A stretch of 64,000 bases of DNA from the NCBI GenBank assembly GCA_964019425.1, contig OZ025796.1, positions 186,001 through 250,000 of the forward strand, given 5' to 3'. Both the position numbers and the translations under genes were made by a program. Below are positions 1-11,116 of this stretch, piece after piece. How positions within the stretch are numbered: the first letter of the stretch is position 1; every line of letters starts with the position of its first letter. Origin of the DNA: Flectonema sp. DT1601 (lineage: Eukaryota). The notes below the pieces were generated by a model that saw nothing but the letters and a program-made list of their open reading frames with translations, did no database searches and was not told where the DNA came from.

Positions 1-673
1 TTGGACGTGAAATTCGTAATAATTTCAGCAGAACTAATCTTTTCAAAAAAAGATTTTTTTTTTTTTTTTTTTTTTTTTTGATAAAAATCGAGTTTATCAA
101 TGCTGGTGGTTAGTATTACAAACAAATAATGGTTGGCTTTGGTATTTATTTTGTATCCCATTTAACATAGTTCCCCTATATCAATGAACACGCGTTACCA
201 ACTAATGAGTGTTACTTAGTTACATTGATGGGGGTGAAACTTTGCCAAGGTGAAAACATAGATATTAAAAACAAGATTAATATCAAAAGTACATGACTGA
301 AAAGAAATATTTGTAGTTGTTAATCAAAGAAAAGGTACGTTTAGAACATAAAAAAGGGAACATCTTTTGTCTTATTGACCAGAAGACGTTGTCCAATCTG
401 ATGTTGATGAGAGGAATAATGAAGGTTTCCACTCATAAAAACAGATTTATCGATTTCGGTTAGCTAGTTGGTATTAATAGTTGTCAGTCAATCAAAAAAA
501 AAAGAAAATCAAATGCAAAAATTCGTAGGACATCAAACAAAATGGTTGGTTTCTTAGGGTAGACATTGGTTAGTTAGTATCATTAATTTTAGAACAGAAA
601 AGTGAGAATAAAAAAAGTAGAGATCAATAAAAGAAAAGTATTCATTTCTGCAGTTTCCTAACATCAAAGGGTA

Positions 674-760
674 ATAGAATATGTAGTTTCAGGCCTTAAT
701 CTTATACTACTTGTCCCTTTTTAGGCCTTCATCAGTAAGTTCTAAGGGACTTCATTCTAT
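674..760 (-). ncRNA. Hammerhead ribozyme, non-circularly permuted (family 1), 3' of a Penelope-like ORF
   Basis: Minus strand reads GUCCCUU-agaa-CUUA-CUGAUGA-AGGCCU-aaa-AAGGGAC-aa-GUAG-UA^UAAG-auua-AGGCCU-GAAA-CUAC. The core is intact (CUGAUGA at 735-729, GAAA at 690-687, GUA cleavage between 705/704) and stems I, II and III all pair. Confidence 0.8.
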
Positions 761-839
761 GTTGAAGTTGCTATCGTTCAAAGATAAAAATCCATCGGAG
801 CTCGCCAGGATAGGGCTAGCAATGTTTATTTGCTTTTGC

Positions 840-2006
840 TCAATTTGAATTTTTGACGTCTGATCGTTTCACTATTACAGTCGAGTTAATGGATGAGTCG
901 TCATCCAATTTGCGTTTTACTTTATCTTCGCATATCATCAAAGGTCCTATATTCGCTGGTGTCATCGTAACATCCATATCAGTCTGAGCTTTTATTGGTA
1001 TCATATGGAAACTATACTCTGTAGTTCGGTACATCTTGTCAAAATGATCGAAAGGGAGTCTTAAATCTTTTGTGCCTTTAAGAATGTCTCGGATGATCAT
1101 GGACTCAAATGAGACTAGCGCAACAATAAAGTGAGTCATCCTTGTTTTCGCTTTATGTAGAATAAGTGCTGCGGCTGCTTCAGGATAATCGAAATCTGCT
1201 GGGTTAACGAAGTACTCGATTCTTCTGTTGAATTTAGTCATGCAAGCCATGTTAAGTACTTGTAGCGAGAACCAACCATCTGGTGATGGTTTATGCTCTG
1301 AGTTGTTCGGTTCTACTTTAAGAGATTCTTCATAAAATCGCTGTTGGTAGTTTTGCAGAAAACTGAAGTTAATTCTATCGATATATAAATGATCTGCAAT
1401 GAAGTTGAGCGCTGCCCATCCGCATTCTCCACCGAGAAGACCTTCTCCTGATGTTTGATGTAGGGATGGTGGAAATCGTTTATCCAAGGAATGGCTTGTA
1501 GAGCCTGTGTGGTTAATTGTATCCTTTTCGATGCTTAATGGGACTTTGTGACTAAACTTCTCAAAAGTAAGGTTGATACGACGCATTGCAGCTGCTGTAT
1601 TACCATCATCAATGTGAGAGCTAATGAAGCGGAGGCATGCTGCTCTGATATTGTCAGATTTATAGCCCCGGTTGAGTAATCTATAAGTTACCGCTTCAAG
1701 TTCCTGTAAAAAGTCTGCCTGGTTGTTGCAGATTTTTAGAGCTCGTAAGATCATGGTGGTAAAGATACCTGAACCCATTGACTCTTGAGCTGCGGAATGC
1801 TGATGAGTAAACCTTGTTGGCGTAATATGCCAACCCCTGGCTTTGTCATTAACACTTAAACGAATCCATCGTTTATTTGTGTTAGTGATCTCTATTCGGA
1901 TACGAATTCCTATATAAGAGACATCATCAATATTATTCGAAGTATCAGTGTAATCCATTGAGTACAGACTTGCTGGTGGAGGGTCACAACTCCAGGTGAG
2001 GAAGTC
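840..2006 (-). mobile_element. 5'-truncated Penelope-like retroelement ORF: end of RT palm and thumb, then a Josephin-like domain
   Basis: The frame opens at DFLTW, the probable second Asp of YxDD. It continues with VSYIGIRI..SVNDK..FTHQHS..GIFTTMILRALKICNN..FLQEL..LLNRGY, typical of the PLE RT thumb, then GECGWAALNF / DGWFSLQVL / THF resembling Josephin motifs. A second copy lies at about 54030-54712. Confidence 0.75.
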
Positions 2007-2143
2007 ATTGGTTAGTTAGCTAGTCATTTAATCCAACGTTACTGTATATTATGAGTGCTAGGTAAATCATAGTAACAGAGGACCCAATCCGAAGAAATTA
2101 TATAAAAAAAAACGAAATAACTGCAAAAATGAAATAAAGATAT

Positions 2144-2719
2144 TTATTCTAAATATTTATTCCAAAAAGGAAGTTCCTTATAAGGAGTGCCGCCCTGTGT
2201 GAATTCCGTTGGAACTTCAATACTGAAATCTTGAACTAACCAGTCCCAAAGATTACTACCATAAACAATGTTATCATAGCAGCCATGCATACTTAGAACT
2301 GGATTTCCTCTCTGAGATGGTTCTGTTGGAATCATTCTGTGAATGTAAATAGGAATCAGTGGAGGATACGAACCCTTTTCAACATCTGGTGGTGTTGCGT
2401 GATAACTAAGTTGATTAAGAACCGTATCCTTCTCAGGATCAGTGATAATTAAGAGAGTTCTCCAATCATGCCATCCTCGATTCGCTGCGCTGTAGAATGC
2501 TGGAAGTTCTTCAGGTACTCCTGGTTTACAACCGTGTGAAACTGGTAGACCTACTTGTAAAAACTGCCTCAAATCTTCAGGAAACTTAAATTTATATTTC
2601 GCTTGAATCGCTTCTATTTCACTATCTGTGAGCCCATCGTGGATGGCATCGGCTCTTCCGTTTCTTAAAAGCTGTTCTTGCATTGCTTTTATTTGGATCG
2701 TGGTTGGTATTGTCGACAT
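2144..2719 (-). CDS. SMI1/KNR4 (SUKH) family protein, 191 aa
   Basis: GLTDSEIEAIQAKYKFKFPEDLRQFLQVGLP..WHDWR..PLIPIY.HR.IP..GNPVLS..DNIVYG.NL matches the SUKH pattern. The ATG at 2719 follows an A-tract, as in several other genes here. Confidence 0.7.
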   Translation of the reverse strand: MSTIPTTIQIKAMQEQLLRNGRADAIHDGLTDSEIEAIQAKYKFKFPEDLRQFLQVGLPVSHGCKPGVPEELPAFYSAANRGWHDWRTLLIITDPEKDTVLNQLSYHATPPDVEKGSYPPLIPIYIHRMIPTEPSQRGNPVLSMHGCYDNIVYGSNLWDWLVQDFSIEVPTEFTQGGTPYKELPFWNKYLE

Positions 2720-2985
2720 CTTTTTTTTTTTTTTTTTTTTTTTTTTGCTAAGAGAATAAATAGATGGTGCAATTAAGGAAAACAATAACAACACACTTGG
2801 TTGTTTTTGGCTATCGCTGCTCTCCCAACATGTGTCTGGAAATCTGTTATTTAAAAGAAAAATAATTATTATTAAATCCGATTGATTTTTGTTATGGTTT
2901 TTTTTTTTTTCTTTAGCTGCCTGGCATGGGATAATACTATTCTGTTATGTTGTTTTTTTGGTTACCCCTTTATCTTTTATTATTA

Positions 2986-3017
<32 letters not shown>

Positions 3018-3908
3018 GTTTTTTTTTTTTTTTTTTCCTTACCCCACTTCTCAGATCCACCGGTCCAAGAAGGATATAGGCAAGAGAAAAGGAATGTAGG
3101 AAGGCTGTACAACAGGCTTCCATACGGGAACGTCTTGTCTCGACCAGCCCATGTGGCTTCCCTATCCTGTTATTTTACTGTGTCCCCCATCCTCTCTAAA
3201 TCAAGAGGAAAAGAACAAAGGTTACCACTAGGGGAGAACAGGTAATGAAAAGGACGGATCGAAGGGGCGGGAACGACGGGAAAAAAAAAAGAAGAAGAAA
3301 AGTCACTATTCCGCTACCAGTGGGCGAGGATGGGAAGGTACATATAAAAAAATAAGACTAGCTAGCAATGGTCAGGCGTTGGTAGAGACTGGTCGATAAT
3401 TCGTTTTTTTTTTTTTTTTTCCTTCTCTAAACTGGTTGAAAGACAGTCGATTTATGAGATACGAACAAACATTCGCCAGGTGTGACAGCTGTGGAATAAA
3501 ACAAAAAGAAACAAGAAAAGATATTAAAAAAAAAAGAAGGCGAAGTGTTCTCATCTCAAAGTGTCTAAGAAGTTGAAATACTCCCGTCTGGATTGCTGGG
3601 TGTTAGTACCTCAGTACCGGTAGTAGTAATTTAAAGTAAAGCACTCCTTCACCTTCGGATCAGTGTATCGTTCTTCACAAACAACAACATGTTAGTTGCT
3701 AAACTGGCCTTTTTTTTTTTTTTTTTTTGATAATCACAGCTAAGACACAAATCTGCCAGTATAACATCGCCAATAAAGCATTCGATTTGCATTCGCTTTT
3801 TAGATGACAATTTACTACGATAAGATATCTTAGCTAACTAAGTTTCATATGTTTTTTTTTTTTTTTTTTTAAAATTTTTTTTAAATGCTTTTGCTATTTT
3901 TTTTTTTT

Positions 3909-3940
<32 letters not shown>

Positions 3941-4573
3941 TTTTTTTTTCGCCGAAGCGAAGATGCCGGGAAGAAACCACATGCTAGTACAGTTCTTTTA
4001 CTTTTCTTTGTCTGCTGGAATTCTATCTGAGAAAACCGGTAGTCTTTAAAATTGTAAGCCAAGTACAAGTTGCCTCCTGACGGGTATATTGTGGGTAGTT
4101 CGAAAACGTTGCGCTCCAAAATATAACAAGACTCTACTCCACCCGCGTCAGGCGCATCTCTTGTCTTAGCCCTAGCATGCTACGTTGGAACATTGTCACC
4201 AGCCCGGTGGACCAAGTTGTAATTATTGCCCCTGGTTTACTCATCACTCTTCCGTGTGACGGCGGTTATTCCCTAATAACCTGTTGTATGCTTTACCTAA
4301 GTCTTTTACTTTTTTCTTCTTCGCACGCTGTCGGTTTCCACCTTCGATGCAGTCAATCTTGTTCCGCCTTGGTTGTTTTTGGAAGAGCTAAGCTAAGTGG
4401 CAAGGTTTCACTAACAGATCGACTTTTTGTCAGCATCTCAGGCTTCTTTTTGCCGAGGACGTGCGGCTTTCTTTGAGGTCTCACAGTGACACTTTTAAAA
4501 GAAATTATCTATTCCGGTGGGTATAAAAAAGGGGGGGGGTGAGGGAGGGGGCGGGTGAGTACACCCACAGATC

Positions 4574-6469
4574 TCAGCGGTCATCTTTAAGTCTCTTTCC
4601 TGGGCTCAGGCTAGTCCTCCCTGAGCCCGCTGAACTGTATGGCGATATCTTCTTCTTTGTCTTCTCGTTCGAGGATGGGCACGACCTCGTCCTCCTGTGT
4701 CTTGGTGTACTGTCTGGGTGATCCAAGGCTCTGGAGGCGGTCTCCACTCCGGCGGTCCAGCATCTTCGGCAGGTGGTTATCTGGCACTTCGTGCATCTGC
4801 TCCTGAACCATTTCCGTTGTAACAATCTATGGCAGAAGTCGCATTTGACCCTTGGTCCCTTTTGCAACGGCGGTGCATGGTCACAAGTCGGTCGGGTAAC
4901 TTCGGTATCGTTTGTGGAGACATCGGAGCTACTTGTCCCCGTCCGGGGTGGACTGCTCCTTGCTCTTCTGGTCTTCGGCGTCGGGTCTTCTGTAGAGCTG
5001 TTATGGCTGTCGAGGTCTAGCGTTCTGGCCACAGGGGGTGTGTGGGTCTCCTTGTCGTATGTTTGTAACTGCGATGATGGGCTGGACAAGTCGCGTTCCT
5101 TCTTGGTGAGGATGTCTACTGGTTCTTCAGAGGTGTCACACACTTCATTGTCGAGGGCGTCCGCTAGTTCTCCGGAGGCATCCTGTTCTATTTCGGTAAG
5201 GATGTCTGCTGGTTGTTTGGCGGTATCGCGCACTTCTTCGGCGAGGGTGTCTGCTAGTTCTCCGGCGGCATCATGTTCTACTTCGGTAAGGATATCCGCT
5301 GGTTCTACGGAGGCATCGCGTACTTCCCCGGTTAGGGTGTCTGTCTGTTCTCCAGGGGCATCATATACTTCTTCCTTGAGGGTGTTTACTGGATCTTCGG
5401 AGGCATCGTGTTCAACTTTCTCCGGCGGGTCTATGGTTGCAACTATCGTCCTTAGACCGGTTGACGGTAGGGGACTGCCTTCGGTGGGCAAGTCTGTCGG
5501 TTTAGTGACTGGTGTGGTGCGGGCCGTGGCATCTTCCAATTCCTGACTTGCATTCGGCGGTGGGATGTCGGTTTCCTTTGGCTCCGGCTTACTCTGGCCG
5601 ACATTGGTTGCAACTGCGGTTTCAACAGGTGAGGCGGTCGGCGCTACACTTTCTATCTCCGTCGTGACCGTCGGGTTCCGTTGGTTATCTTCTAGTGGGG
5701 GGCCTTCTGAAGTCACTGAGTCTTCTCGGGCCACTTCAGGTGCGGACGTCTTCGGCTTTTTCACTGATGCAGGCTCGTCTTGCGAATCTGAACCAGGGGA
5801 CCACTGCTTCTTGCTCCTCGGACTGGCCGATGGCTTTGGGCTTCTATCGGGGTCGGCTATGGCGGGCGGTGGATGGTCTGCCTCAGCCTTTGGTTTTTTG
5901 ACTGAGGTAGACTCTCCCTGCGAATCGGAATCTGGGGATCTCGGTTTCTTGGTTAACCGTAATCCCAGCTCCCCTTCCAGTTCTGAGGTACGTCTCAACA
6001 CGTCCATCAGCGAGCAGTAATCTCGAGAGGACACCTCTTCCGCCTTGAACTGCGCACAGTTGTTGGCGACGTTTGGTGTGTTGAGGAAGCTCCATGTGGC
6101 CGGCACAGCCTCCGCCAGTCCCGTCCGTGTTGTCGCACTCCACGTGTTCATATTTCCTCTGCAACTCCAGGTGGCATTTCTATCTTGTTGACTCATCTTC
6201 TGTATCCCCTTGAGGGCAGCATAGTAGGAGGCTAGCCCAAGGTCTGCAGTGTCGAGCGTCGCACCCCAGCTGGCCGTCAACTTGTGCAGTTGCGTGTCCA
6301 ACAGGCAGGCGGCCGCCCCCGTCCTCCCAGTGTTCAAGTTCCTATGGCTGGCGAAGAATAGGCACATGCGAGGCGAGTCCTGTTGAGGTCCCCCTGCCTT
6401 TTTTTTTGAGTTGCATGTTTCCACTTTGCACTCCAGGTAATTATATCCAAAATGACAGTCGGCAAGCAA
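4574..6469 (-). mobile_element. GC-rich ORF without an ATG start, with acidic tandem repeats and a C-terminal Cys-rich finger; probable truncated retroelement ORF
   Basis: GC content is clearly higher than in host genes. The ORF starts abruptly after a homopolymer and ends near a G-run (4531-4539). It has a CDFC..CTKC..CRRC finger. The N-terminal LLDTQLHKL region weakly recalls a PLE thumb. Confidence 0.4.
5090..5422 (-). repeat. About 7 degenerate 45-bp (15-aa) coding tandem repeats
   Basis: Units such as EVEHDAAGELADTLA / EEVRDTAKQPADILT. Confidence 0.8.
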
Positions 6470-7913
6470 TTTTTTTTTTTTTTTTTTTTTTTGATTATTT
6501 TTAATTATGTTTCATTATCAGAAAACAAAACTCTATTTTTTTATTTATTCATTTTTTTTTATTTTATTTTTAATACTTCATTTCAACATCAACAACCTCA
6601 AACAGGCGAAAGCACAGGAAATTCCGATACCAGCATAGGTAGATATCGAGAAGAAATATTATATTGCATACTGTGCATCGCTTATTAGGAGCTTTGGGTT
6701 AACTCTGAGAGATTTCATTCAATGAATCCAAAAATTGGAAGAAAAACCCCAGTTAGGTTCACTTAAAAAGCGAGAAGAATTTCTTTTTTTTTAAAAAAAA
6801 AAAAACAAAAAAGTGGGGGAAAGGTTCCCCCAAAAAAAGAAAAAAAAAAGAAATCAGAATAAATTTTAAGAAGAGGAGAAAAAGAAAAAAAAAAAGTTTG
6901 TGTAAGCCAAGACAACGGCGGGAGCACCCTAGTCATCTGGCAAACGTGTGGAAGAAAGAACGTCTGAATTCTTCACCGAAAGTATTAATTGTTGACAGGG
7001 GGTTCACAAACCTAACTTAGTGAAACGTTGCTTACCCAGGGGAAATTTCCTTTCCCGCACAGGATAGGATTTACAATTCTATTCAGTAAACGAAAATAGC
7101 GGAAAATAGTTTTTTTTTTTTTTTTTTTTGTAAAGAACGACCGCACGAAAAACCATAAGAACAATCAGAAAGATTGAAAGAAAAAAAAAATATATAAAAG
7201 TTTTGCTGCAATTTGTTCTTGGTATTTATATTAAAAAAGAACGGGGGGAAAAAAAAGGAGTGAGTAATAAAAAGATAAATAACATACGGTTTAAACAAAA
7301 AAAAAGGGGGGTAAAAATAAACTACCCACTTGTGATTACCAAAGCCGATCACTAAATAAAATCACGAAACGAACGAATGACGATAAGAGCTGAAATCCAG
7401 CCCGGCTCAGTCGGGGAAGTGGGAGGGGTGTTTCGATGCTTATTTTCTTGTTATTTCCGTAGCATGTTTTCCAAACCTGCGTCTCCGTCGAGTATTGCTC
7501 ATCGGATTGGTATCGAAAAAAAAAGAGATTGTTAAAAAACCAAAACTTTTTTTTTTCTTTTTTTTTTTTTTTTTGTTGTTAACTGCGAAAATTTTCTAAT
7601 ATAAAAAAAAAAAAAAAATAAAAAAAAAAACTCAACGACGTGAAAACGCCGCATTAATACCACCGACACTCGACAGAAACTACGGCACAACTTTTTTTAT
7701 TCTTTTTCTTCACCTTTTTTTTTGCTAGTTTTGACCTTCAAAGTACCCTGACTCTGTTTTATAATAATTACAATGCAACAAACATGATTATTATTCCCTT
7801 GTTTTTTTTTGTTTTTTTTTTTCTTTTTTTTTTTTCTTGCTTCTCTCAAACATTGGTGGTCTGAACATAGCGACATGGCTGCTTTTTGTCACATCTTTAT
7901 TATATAAGGGGGA

Positions 7914-7986
7914 TGTATGTTCGATTTTGTAAAAATTACAACTGTGTTGTATCATAAAAAACATAAAGATAATTTAGCATTAGTTT
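7914..7986 (-). mobile_element. 73-bp 3'-end fragment of retroelement family 2, with an 11-bp TSD
   Basis: Starts with the family terminus tgtatgttcgatttt and is flanked by tataaggggga at 7903-7913 and 7987-7997. Confidence 0.8.
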
Positions 7987-8010
7987 TATAAGGGGGAAGA
8001 GGGGAAAAAA

Positions 8011-8146
8011 ACCATTCAGATTAGCCTTTTTATTTCCTTGAACGAAGACATAATCCTGTCGCACGGGGAAGATAAGCTTTGATTATAAGAAATACCGGCT
8101 TTTTCAATCTGAATAGTTAGTTTTCTTCTCTGAATAATGTCAGTAC

Positions 8147-8175
<29 letters not shown>
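8011..8175 (+). repeat. Dispersed ~140-bp repeat (family 3) ending in gtac(A)n
   Basis: Aligns to 59828-59960 (accattcagatt..tcctgtcgcacgggga..tcaatctgaa..gtacaaaa) and has an internal inverted repeat, attcagatt/aatctgaat. Confidence 0.7.
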
Positions 8176-8177
<2 letters not shown>

Positions 8178-8319
8178 AGAATTAGAAAAAAAGAAATTGT
8201 GCTGTAATTATGTTGATTTTTTTTGTGATATTATTCTCTCTCTCGTCTGTGGAACTAAACCTCGTGGATGACATCGCACGCCGGCATATATCTTCTTAAC
8301 CGAATTGCATCAGATGATA

Positions 8320-9631
8320 TCAGGCTGTTTTATTTTATATTTTTTTTTTTTTAAAGTCGGACAATACTTTAGTTTTGTTAAAAACGGGGAAAAGAAAAAA
8401 AAAACTGACAAACCATTCACCACTATATCATCCAACATTGACAAAAGATCAGCTTGGTTAATATGGTCGGGTACCTTCGTTGCTTTTCTCTCTTCTGCTC
8501 GCTTACTGAGCCATTCAGCAACGGTTGCCTTGTCAAGATAGTCTTCTTCATCTGGAGCACAGTTTTCAGTAATCCACGGATGTTCAATCAGCTCGTTGGC
8601 AGATGCTCTTTCATTAACTCCTTTACAAAGACAACGGTCAAGGAAATCAAAAAATAGATCACTAGCACAGCATCCTTCAAGATCAACTGGAGGGGCTTTC
8701 GATTGCAAATGCTCAACTAACTTCCAGAATTTTACCTGACCGTCGCAAATATCAGGACCTAGAACACCACAAAAAGGATGTTTTCCAGTGAACAGCTCTA
8801 CAATACTTATACCAAGACCCCATATGTCAACTGAAGAGGTATAGTGATCTCCATTTAACCGTTCTGGAGCCATGTATGTGACGGTTCCAACGAATGAAGC
8901 AGCTGCTCCTTTTGTCGATTCTAAATCGCCAGACACTCCAAAATCAGTTATTTTAACCATCCCATCACTATTGAATAATAGATTACTGGGTTTCATATCT
9001 CTGTGAACAAGGTATCGAACATTGTGAAGATACTGTAACCCTTTCAAAACCATTTTAGTAACAGAAGCGAGTATATTTTCAGGAACTCCGCGATCCTTCT
9101 GTGTTAACGCTGGAGGATTAACCATGTCTAGTAAGGAGCCGTTCATGTATTCTAAGGCGATGTATACTGATCCTTCCTGTGAAGTTTTTGGTTTTTTTTT
9201 TTTTTTTTTTTTGGTTTTTTTTTTTAAATGTTTTATGAACATACCTTAACAAATGCACCGTGGAATTCAACCACATATGGAGATTGCTTTACTTTAGTGT
9301 CGTAGAGTGTTTTAAACTCCTTCTCAATTTCACAAAAGTGATGCATTGTTAACTTAATCTCTTTCAAAGCGAAAATTTCACCCGTCGATTTCCTCTGAAC
9401 TTTAGTAACACTACCACTGCTTCCAGACCCAAGAACTTCCTGGTAAATTAAGTCTTCGTCGTTTAACGGCTCTCCATGAGAGTCATTTATTCCTTGTTTT
9501 GTAACTCTCGTGTTGGTCTTCGGTAAATGTAGCGTACCTCCAACCGATTGATGAGGTCCAGCTTTAAGACTATTCTCTATCTCTGCAGAGATTTCCATAG
9601 TATTTATGGGAGTAATTCGTCGCTTACCCAT
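8320..9631 (-). CDS. MAP kinase kinase (STE7/MAP2K family), 3 predicted exons: 9631-9245, 9176-8414, 8324-8320
   Basis: Motifs LGSGSSGSV, FALKEI, HRDMKPSN, DFGVSG, SFVGTVTYMAPER. Removing GTATGT..CAG intron 9244-9177 joins GAFVK to EGSVY in frame. The last mini-exon is less certain. Confidence 0.9.
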
Positions 9632-10111
9632 TTTTTATTATTATTGGGCTTTTTTATTCTGTGTATTGGGAAAACCAAGGAAAAAAAAAAAAAAAAAAAA
9701 AAACTGAAAAATATAAGAATAAAAACGAGAAAGAACAACAACATTATGTAAAAAAAAAAAAAATTCTCAAAAAACAAAAAATATTTTATAAAAACATCCC
9801 ACCGAGATTAATGTTTTAAAAGAATAATAATAAACTACCATTACTACCAGTATGATATAACTTATTGAAACGATCATTTTTCTACCCATCTTGTTTTTTT
9901 TTTTTTTTTCATTCTTTGTCAGTGCTTTTTTTAATTCGCTGTTACAACGGTTCGATCTGGTTGGTTAGTTGGAAGCCGAACCACTTTTTTTTAATTTAGA
10001 TTTGTGAGTCTTCCTAATATTTTTTTTTTTTTAAATTACTCAGAGAGAATCAACCATTGCACCATGGCTAAGAACAAGTTTTGCTCACTCACACTGAGGT
10101 TAGGTTTCGAA

Positions 10112-11116
10112 TCATGCGCTACCGGAATTTGAAGGTGGAATGTATCCGGGGACGTCAGCATCATTCTGGTCTAAAATATTTTGAATGTTTGAAGGAAGTG
10201 TCTTCCTTGCTGACGTCGCAGAAGCGACATCGTAGTCAATAGTAGTCTTTCTATCTTTTACCTCTGCGAGAATTGATGTAAACGCCTGGAGTTCATTTTC
10301 ATCAAAGATGCAAAGTTCTATTGACTTCGTACGCATTGCTAATGACCTTCGATATATTTTAGGAAGCTGACCCAATGCTGCAGTCATGCACTCAACCGTC
10401 AGGGTTGGCATTTCAGACTTAAAATCTCCCGAGAAGATTCCCCCAGAAACCGGAAGTATTCTTAATGTTCCCCAAGGCTCTCTCGCATTAAGGTTTAAGT
10501 CATCAGGTCGGAAGATGTCCAGTTCTGGCCTGACATGTTCTGCAAATTCTTTAAAAATGTTAATATAGGTTGTAGTTAGTGCTCTTTTCACTTCCCAAAC
10601 GTCAGAGTAATTGCGTAGGTCCGGCCCAACAGCATGGATTACTGCTTTTGTTCCATCGGCGTAGACAAAACGAGCAGCATCAGTCGGTTTTTTTATTTTT
10701 TTTTGAATACTTTTATCAAAAGGTTCGTTCAAGTCGATTCCCAACCACTTATATATCGACCCAGCAGCACCACCAGCACCAGCAGGTAGTCCTTGAATAT
10801 GATGTAAACCCGCAGGATCAACAATGACTATTGCACTTCCTTCTGGTTCTGTTCCACTCTGAATAAACCTTTTATCAGTAGTCATTTGTGTACCCAGAAC
10901 ACCATAAGGAACTGTTTTGATATACAGGCACAATTCAGGAGATCCAGCGTTGTAGATGTTATAAGGTTTACTGAGCTGAACATCTGTCGGTAAATAACTC
11001 AGTGGAATTATATTTAGGCATAATGCAGCGTAACCCGCGCCGGTCATACCAGTGAAACACATCACATAAGCAACCGAAGGTCGTATTCTTCTCAGTACCC
11101 TAGCACCAAAGCGCAT
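10112..11116 (-). CDS. Macrodomain (ADP-ribose binding/hydrolase-like) protein with an N-terminal targeting and hydrophobic segment
   Basis: IVDPAG..GAGGAAGSI, VIHAVGP and LPVSGGIFSG correspond to macrodomain motifs. Confidence 0.7.
   Translation of the reverse strand: MRFGARVLRRIRPSVAYVMCFTGMTGAGYAALCLNIIPLSYLPTDVQLSKPYNIYNAGSPELCLYIKTVPYGVLGTQMTTDKRFIQSGTEPEGSAIVIVDPAGLHHIQGLPAGAGGAAGSIYKWLGIDLNEPFDKSIQKKIKKPTDAARFVYADGTKAVIHAVGPDLRNYSDVWEVKRALTTTYINIFKEFAEHVRPELDIFRPDDLNLNAREPWGTLRILPVSGGIFSGDFKSEMPTLTVECMTAALGQLPKIYRRSLAMRTKSIELCIFDENELQAFTSILAEVKDRKTTIDYDVASATSARKTLPSNIQNILDQNDADVPGYIPPSNSGSA

Noticed and set aside
4076..4166. Possible further permuted hammerhead (minus strand UGCGC-CUGACGC...GCGCA)
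   Set aside because: The core is CUGACGC, and there is no correctly placed GAAA or UH site. Kept only as a generic structure candidate.
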